DNA of 63,902 nt, counting the filler, from Choristocarpus tenellus KU-1152 (taxonomy: Eukaryota; Protista; Phaeophyceae): the NCBI GenBank assembly GCA_964200185.2. It is 11 parts of 11 records of this genome, joined end to end, with 100 filler letters (N's around TTAATTAATTAA, not from the genome) between each part and the next. Parts side by side here need not be neighbours in the genome. Positions count along the whole stretch, not along the records: positions 57,370 to 61,130 come from CAXNAD020018091.1; positions 61,231 to 63,902 come from CAXNAD020025762.1; 9 more parts are not named here. One strand, 5' to 3'. Positions 57,575-63,902 of this stretch are shown one piece after another; the first letter of the stretch is position 1; each line of letters starts with the position of its first letter. The notes beneath the pieces are model-generated. The model searched no databases. It saw nothing but the letters and a program-made list of their open reading frames with translations, and was not told the DNA's origin. Both the position numbers and the translations under genes were made by a program.

Positions 57575-59041
57575 AGGCCAACACTTCAAATGCAAGAAGA
57601 CTCCGATGCAACACAGTAATGGTCGACATAGGGAAAGCACAGAAGCATAAAGTAACAAGATGATTTTGCAGAGCTCTCTACACAGACAGACTAGGGTTGG
57701 GTTCTAGCAGAGGGACAGTTTTTGTCATTGCGGTATGGTGTGGCAGACTTTAGGTAGGTCATGACAAAAATTGGAAAGTCAACTGTGTGACAAGGTGATA
57801 GGAGTTCATAAACGATGGGAAGTATGAAAAAAATCTACAAAACATATAATTACTCCAATCTCAGCTAGTATCTCTGTTTGACATTTACGAGGTTTGGTAG
57901 TCAGCACATTAGATAAACAAATTCGAACACATCCATGAGAATCCAAATGTGAGTCCGTCTTTCAATAGGCATGTTCTACCTAGGCACCCGCCAATAGTTC
58001 CACCCGTTCAATAGGCTATACATTTCTGACAAATAGGAGGCCTGAAATTCACAAGTAGGTTCTAGCAGGCACATTGAGTAGGATGAGGGAGTTTGGTGTC
58101 GTGTGGGACTTCTTGAATATTTGCTACTACTGTATAACCTGCTCTTGTTACCAACTGTCGGTACAGCATGTGCCAGTTAGCAGGATTTACAGCAACGGGG
58201 CTGGGACAGGAGGGGGCAGCAAGGGGATGGAAGGGTAGTACGCGCTTAGCCACATGAGGGAGGGTTTATCACTGTTTAGTTCACAGCCAATCTCTATTAG
58301 AGCATTGGACTGCAAAGGGGTCTATCACATATTTTTGTAGTAGGTGATGTTGAGGAGCAGATCCACCCTTCTGATTTTGATCAATAGTGAGAGTGGACGT
58401 CCTGCAATTATATAGGTTCTTGCCCTGAATGACAATACCATGCCAGGCTGTGCCGTAGTTGAAGTAGTAGATATTTAGTAATGTTTCTTATGAGAGACTG
58501 TTACAGTTAATATTGTATCGGTTTTGTAACAAACATTCACACACACAAGGTTGTCATGAGGAAGTGGTCCTTTCGGGCTATTACAGTACACGCCAAGCAA
58601 GTAGTAGTGTGAAGTCAGTAGGTCAGGTGTCTCTCGGAAAGCATTAAGTTTCGACCAATTTCTGTATTCCAAGTAGTAGTTATGCAGCAGAGCTGTCTTA
58701 TACAAAGTGTACACATTATTTTAGTGGTATGTTCTGACAATAATTTAGATATAAGAACGTATCGGATGAAGTTTTGTCTACAAAGAGGTGGATTCCTTTT
58801 TTTTAGGTGGTTGAGTGTTGTGTGGAACCACCAGGTTCATAACATATCATTTACGTCATGTTGAGGTACATAGACAGGAAAGGGTACAGGTCAATAATGA
58901 AAGTCTGATTGAGGCCTAGATTCCCTGCTTAACTCGTTAACATGTAAAAGGGTTATGGTGGGAGGATATGTAACCTCTACTGTAACGTAGAACAAGGATA
59001 GTTGGCTGCTTCACATCCTTGTGACAAATAAGAAAATATCT

Positions 59042-59308
59042 GACCCAAAGCATTTAAGAGGGTAGGAGATTTGCCTGTTTGTCGGTTCGGGGCTTGGCTT
59101 CCCACCTTTTTTGTGTTATATTCTTCTGTTTTCTGTGTGATCATTTCAGATTTCAGAGTAGGTAAAATGTGTAGGACTATAAAAGGTGTATCCAGAGCAA
59201 GATATTGACACTTCCTAACAAACACAATAGCTAAAATTAATCCAAAGCACAACATTGGATTTATGACTCCGAACGGATGTGGCCCTACCCTCTTAAATGA
59301 TTTGACTC
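59042..59308. mobile_element. MITE family B copy
   Basis: GACCCAAAGCATTTAAGAGGGTAGG...CCTACCCTCTTAAATGATTTGACTC. Confidence 0.8.
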
Positions 59309-61074
59309 TTTCTCTTCATCAGTGGGAGATTACGTAGTGCATCTATTGCTAGGACAACTAGAACAGGAAGTGGATTCAAGTGCTTGGGGCAAGAACAAGT
59401 GCAACACCATTTGTTCCATCATTGCAAAGCAAGGATGCCAGCTGACAGTTACTTTGATCTTTGACTGCCCACTAGCTAGGTTTTACCTTGTCTATGTCCT
59501 TGACTGCTACATTGATATATCAGAAGTATTGGATTTGAAATATTTCAATACCAAAGGTTGGTTACCGATATGCCCTGGAAATATCAGTCTTTGGGTTGAT
59601 GCATCCCAGTTCAGAACAGTGATAGCGTCAGAAAATGGTGAGCACTGTTGAGCCACTGCTATCTCGTGGCCCTGAGGCTTATAGGTTGTAGGCTTACGGT
59701 TAGTTTGTCGCTTTGGTGTCTGGTGTTGGTGTGGATTGATGGAATTGGTCAAGTGGGCGGCATCATACATGGACGCAACGTACGTACAGGGGTTTTCACA
59801 TATACAGGAAGGCATTCCTAGCGATTCAGGCCCATCCAAACCACCATATCTCCCTGCCAAGCCATCGACAATCTCTACCGTCAACCCATCACCTAACACC
59901 TTTGTGGCACAGCTCTATAGTTTCGTCTTTTGGGGAGTGCAATGTCAAAATGTCATCAATGAGTTTAACCATACTATGCACAGAGAAAACCCAGAGTGGA
60001 AAATAACACCACAAATCGCTACTTAGATCCAGCCCCGCCTGGAAAAGAAGATTCCATCTGACAGCCCACCCACCATTGTGCTGAAACCCTCTGTCTCAGC
60101 TGCTTAGATGCAGCACGGATAGCCATCTTTCCAGCTCTCTTTCTGATGGAGGAGACCGGTCCAATGGAACATACACCTTGACCCCTCAGATCTACGAAAG
60201 TCACACTCCCAACCTAACCCTCCCCATCCAAGACAGCAATTCCCTTGGTGCGTGAGAACCTGTGAAGAGGGGGGGCGTGCATTATGCTATCATTGGGAAG
60301 AGGTGTAACAAAATTGTAGCCAAGTGACTTAGTTCGCACTTCTTGAAGCACACGCAACAAATAGCGGAGTAATACCGCATAAGGTGAGCCGAGAAGTATG
60401 TAGAGAAAATAGTAGGTCAGAATGATCCTCAGCACGGCATTTCGAGTTCGTATCATCTTACAACACTTTACCTACGTTTCATCGGGCAGCGTGATAAATT
60501 GATCACTACCGAGGGAATCACAGAAGCATCAATTCTTCTGCCTCCTGTTCGACAGGAACATCCTCAGAAATCCCCTCCCCAGTCATCCCCATCATAGCGT
60601 TAACGTTAGTGAACGCCTTGTGAAGCAACCTCCCCGTCTCCTTGACCTTGTTATCAACAGCGGTGTGACAGAGTCACACATCTTCAGAAGAGGGAGGAAC
60701 TTAGAAGGTTTGGTGTGAGCTGAGGACCAGTGCGGAAGCCTACAGAAACTCAGCGTTCAGTGCCAAAAATAACAACACACAATCTCATCGCACACCCGAT
60801 ACGAGACAACACCCACTTATAAATATGACATAGCTTCAGTGATAATATTGAGGAGGAGCCACTTGAATATCGTGTTTTGAGGACTAGCCTGAATCAGGTT
60901 CGCGTCAGGATCCAGAGTTGCCACGGTTAGGTCCGATGTACCTTGACCTATGTCTCGAGCGATTGATGGTAATACTCTAGTAATTAGAGTGAGTCCACAA
61001 TGATTAATAAAACTGGTCCCAAGAGACAACAATCCTGTCACCACAACAAGACACATACAACGGTGGTAACGAGC

Positions 61075-61130
61075 GACCCAAAGTATCTGGGAGGGGGGGG
61101 GGGGTCTACACCAAGGTGTCCATTTGGGGC
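61075..61130. mobile_element. MITE family A end (further end fragments at 7744-7759, 10672-10750, 41110-41146, 63799-63829)
   Basis: GACCCAAAGTATCTGGGAGGG...GGTCTACACCAAGGTGTCCATTTGGGG. Confidence 0.8.
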
Positions 61131-61364
61131 NNNNNNNNNNNNNNNNNNNNNNNNNNNNNNNNNNNNNNNNNNNNTTAATTAATTAANNNNNNNNNNNNNN
61201 NNNNNNNNNNNNNNNNNNNNNNNNNNNNNNCCAAATCGCCCGAATACGAGAATTCCGGTACAAAAGCCTATTTTTTGAGCATGTCGAAAAAAACGGTACA
61301 AAATTGTATATTTGTCGATTTGGTTCATAATGTTTTGGCCCAAAATAGGGGTATCTACTCTACA

Positions 61365-61814
61365 TGTTACAGGCGAATAGCGCGAGTATTTCTTCCCACG
61401 CTTTAACTGGCGCGAGCAGTATACATGCGTAGGGAACCCCAAAAGGGGGAACTCCGATTTACCTAAAAGTTGCAGAATATACTGTAACTCGGGTAGGTGC
61501 AGAGGGTCACGGATGGATGTCGGAAAGGGTTCTCAGATACATGCCACTATATACCAATATTTGAAACCCGAAAAACCTCTAACGGCAAATGATGATCAGA
61601 GTTCCTAAAAACGGCTCAAAACGGCTAAGTTATTCTGACCTAAAAAGACCCTCATAGCTCACTCTTTATCTGATGTCAAACCATACATACTTTTCTTATA
61701 TTGGTTGATTCATTTGAGAGTACCCCTGTTCTGCTGAGCTGACGTTCGAAAATCTGTGAATTGGACTTGACTTGGACATCCTGGGAAGGTGAGCATTGAG
61801 GGGCGCCTGTAACA
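61365..61814. mobile_element. Solo-LTR-like element
   Basis: Perfect 11-bp inverted termini TGTTACAGGCG...CGCCTGTAACA; flanks TACA/TATA. Confidence 0.8.
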
Positions 61815-62149
61815 TATATACGTAGTATACTTTTTGACTACGATAGGAGTAGTATATATATGCAAGTGCTATGCGATGTGTTCCTTGGCTCAATCTCTAC
61901 ATTCTATTGAAAATAAATGGTTGTTGTTAACTTTCTCCAAGTAGTGACAAAGGTAACATTACTACACTATATATTGCTTAGCCCACTGACATTTTACAGG
62001 TGTTCCCATCGAGAGGACAAGCAGAAATATGTAAGGCAGAGAACTAATATTTTCATACTCTTTGGGTATAATGTCATACTTGGGGCATTGTATGTAAGAC
62101 CTTAATAGGTATCGAGATATCTGTGACTATGGTCAGACATCCCTCCCTA

Positions 62150-62750
62150 TGTACCAGGCGAATAGCCCGAGCATTTCTTCTTGTGTTCCAACGAAGTGCG
62201 AGCATTTGTTACACGCGAATAGCGCGAGCATTTCTTCTCATGTTTTAGCAAACACGAGCATTTGTGATAGATGTATAGTGCGAGGATTGTTTCTCGCGTT
62301 CTAACAAGTGTGAACAATATAATAGTAACACATAGGTAGCCTTACAGAATAAATGATGATTTGATAGAAGATACAGAGTAAGATTCGGAATGCATACGTA
62401 ACATTACAGAAGAAAATGTCAAAGTTCTTAAGAAGTTGTAGAATGAAGGTTTATGATTGGAGTACGTGTAGAGCAGTTGCATAGAAGACCAAAGAAATTG
62501 GGTGGATGATGAAAATAATAAAGAGGACTTTTAGTGAAAACACTTTACCATCTCTTTCACAGTCCTTTTATCTTGAACGAAACTTTGAGTCGAGCTTTGA
62601 GCTAAGCACTGAGTGGAATATCAAGAGAGAAGGATACCTGACACCCTACAAACTGTTATCAAGGGCAACGTTCCCATAGCGTCGATTTAAGGTCGTTGGA
62701 TTTGAGTTGGATATCCTGTGGAGGTGAGTTCTGAGGGGCATGCTGTAACA
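62150..62750. mobile_element. Solo-LTR-like element with CCTA TSD and internal repeats of about 57 bp
   Basis: TGTACCAGGCGAATAG...GCTGTAACA flanked by CCTA/CCTA. Confidence 0.75.
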
Positions 62751-63191
62751 CCTACCTTTCCACTCGCACTTCAAACAGTTCTTTCTTAACGTATTTTTGG
62801 GGTGATGGTTGACTCAGAATATATATTTTTTATGCCGTCTGGAAGGGCCCTGTCCTGTGATGCCTCGATTACAATTTGGAATTCACTGTGGGTCACTTCC
62901 AAGGTTAAACTAATGAACAGACACTAAAGTCACACACATACGTTTCAGATCGGTCCTCAAATTTTGCACAGGCAATCACACACCCCTGACACAATCCACC
63001 CACCCCCTTCCCCACTCTATTAAACTATGTGTTGCTTCTGTTCTTCTCTCATACAGATTACACACCTCAGTCTTGGTTCTTAGTTGAGGAGTGCTTGGGA
63101 ATGGTGAGAAATGCTGATTCTCGAACCTGTTGAATGTGTTGTTGGTCATTCTCTTCGCCCAGCCATTAGCATTCCACAATAAGATTTTCAT
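62751..63191 (-). pseudogene. Possible decayed APE-type endonuclease (LINE ORF2 start), interrupted by the solo LTR
   Basis: MKILLWNANGW start resembles EEP-family motif I; a GMSDH reading appears just beyond the LTR; many stops. Confidence 0.3.
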
Positions 63192-63829
63192 GTCGCATCA
63201 ATCTACCTACCTCCAATACCATCAGTAGATCTATGGCAATGCTATGTTCACCTCTCACCCATATGCATGCTAACCTGAATCCATTTCTTGTTCGTGAACA
63301 TATTGCATGACAATGCCCTTACCGCTGCAATGGACTCTACAATGGTAGAGTGTCTTACACTCACTTAGTAGTGTGATCTTGGACCACATTACTATGGATT
63401 GGTGCTTCCCCTGGACTCCGTTCTGATGCCAGAATTCATGGCGGCATATATGTGTGCATAGTCATTTGTTTGTGCATTCATTACAAGTCTTCGTTTGTCC
63501 TTGTTCTTGTACTTGGAAAGGTGGAGAGGTTCCTGTTTTGGTAGACAAGGCGGTGCTTCACGATAACAACACATAGATGGCTACAGAGAAGCTCAGGGTG
63601 GTTGTCCAGAACTGTTCATTGTGGTGTGTGTAGGAACTACTTGGTGCTTTTGAGTACCTGGAATGTCAGGATGCGTCTTCATTCGAAACTAGTACCTCTT
63701 CTCTTTTGTGTATTACCTTACAGTCTGGTTTGGTTCTGTATCTTTCCCTTCTCTTTCCTTGTGATGTTCCCTCTTGACAACATAACTATTATTTCACTGG
63801 CTCAAGTACCTGAGGGGGGGGAGGTCTAC

Positions 63830-63902
63830 TGTTACAGACGAGTAGCGCGAGTATTTATTCCCGCGCTTTGACTGGCGCGAGCAGTATACGCGCGTGGGGA
63901 AC
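63830..63902. mobile_element. Start of a fourth LTR-like copy, inside a MITE family A end
   Basis: TGTTACAGACGAGTAGCGCGAGTATTT matches 61365 onward; preceded by GGCTCAAGTACCTGAGGG...GGTCTAC. Confidence 0.75.

Noticed and set aside
58270-58340. DIRS methyltransferase-like motif (IDPFA)
   Set aside because: No downstream FPP/NPP motif and no RT, RNase H or tyrosine recombinase nearby

Overview
Eukaryotic, intron-rich genomic DNA. The window is not one locus: it is 11 short contigs joined by artificial 100-bp N-TTAATTAATTAA-N linkers, so neighbourhood across linkers means nothing. The source looks like a photosynthetic stramenopile, probably a brown alga (inference from a signal-peptide-plus-Phe bipartite plastid presequence, a GEPKSGT sulfotransferase and TTAGGG-type motifs). 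Genes rebuilt by hand from GT-AG splice sites: an R1R2R3 MYB with the start of an extra repeat, tRNA-Leu(CAG), a sulfotransferase, the UBR4/BIG C-terminus, a plastid-targeted DUF3110 protein, TMEM230, an SPCA/PMR1 P-type ATPase, an MFS transporter fragment and several unknown genes. Repeats: three MITE families sharing an outer terminal motif (Sola-like), a solo-LTR family with 4-bp TSDs (two of four copies sit in the same end of one MITE family), LINE remnants, a 1.4-kb inverted duplication and several minisatellites. I cannot establish a new biological system from this sequence. The best leads are the apparent LTR-into-MITE targeting, the shared-terminus MITE families, the MYB with more than three repeats, the head-to-head duplication, and a short repeat-spacer array at 44.7-45.0 kb. 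All identities and family calls are by eye or from memory, with no searches run.
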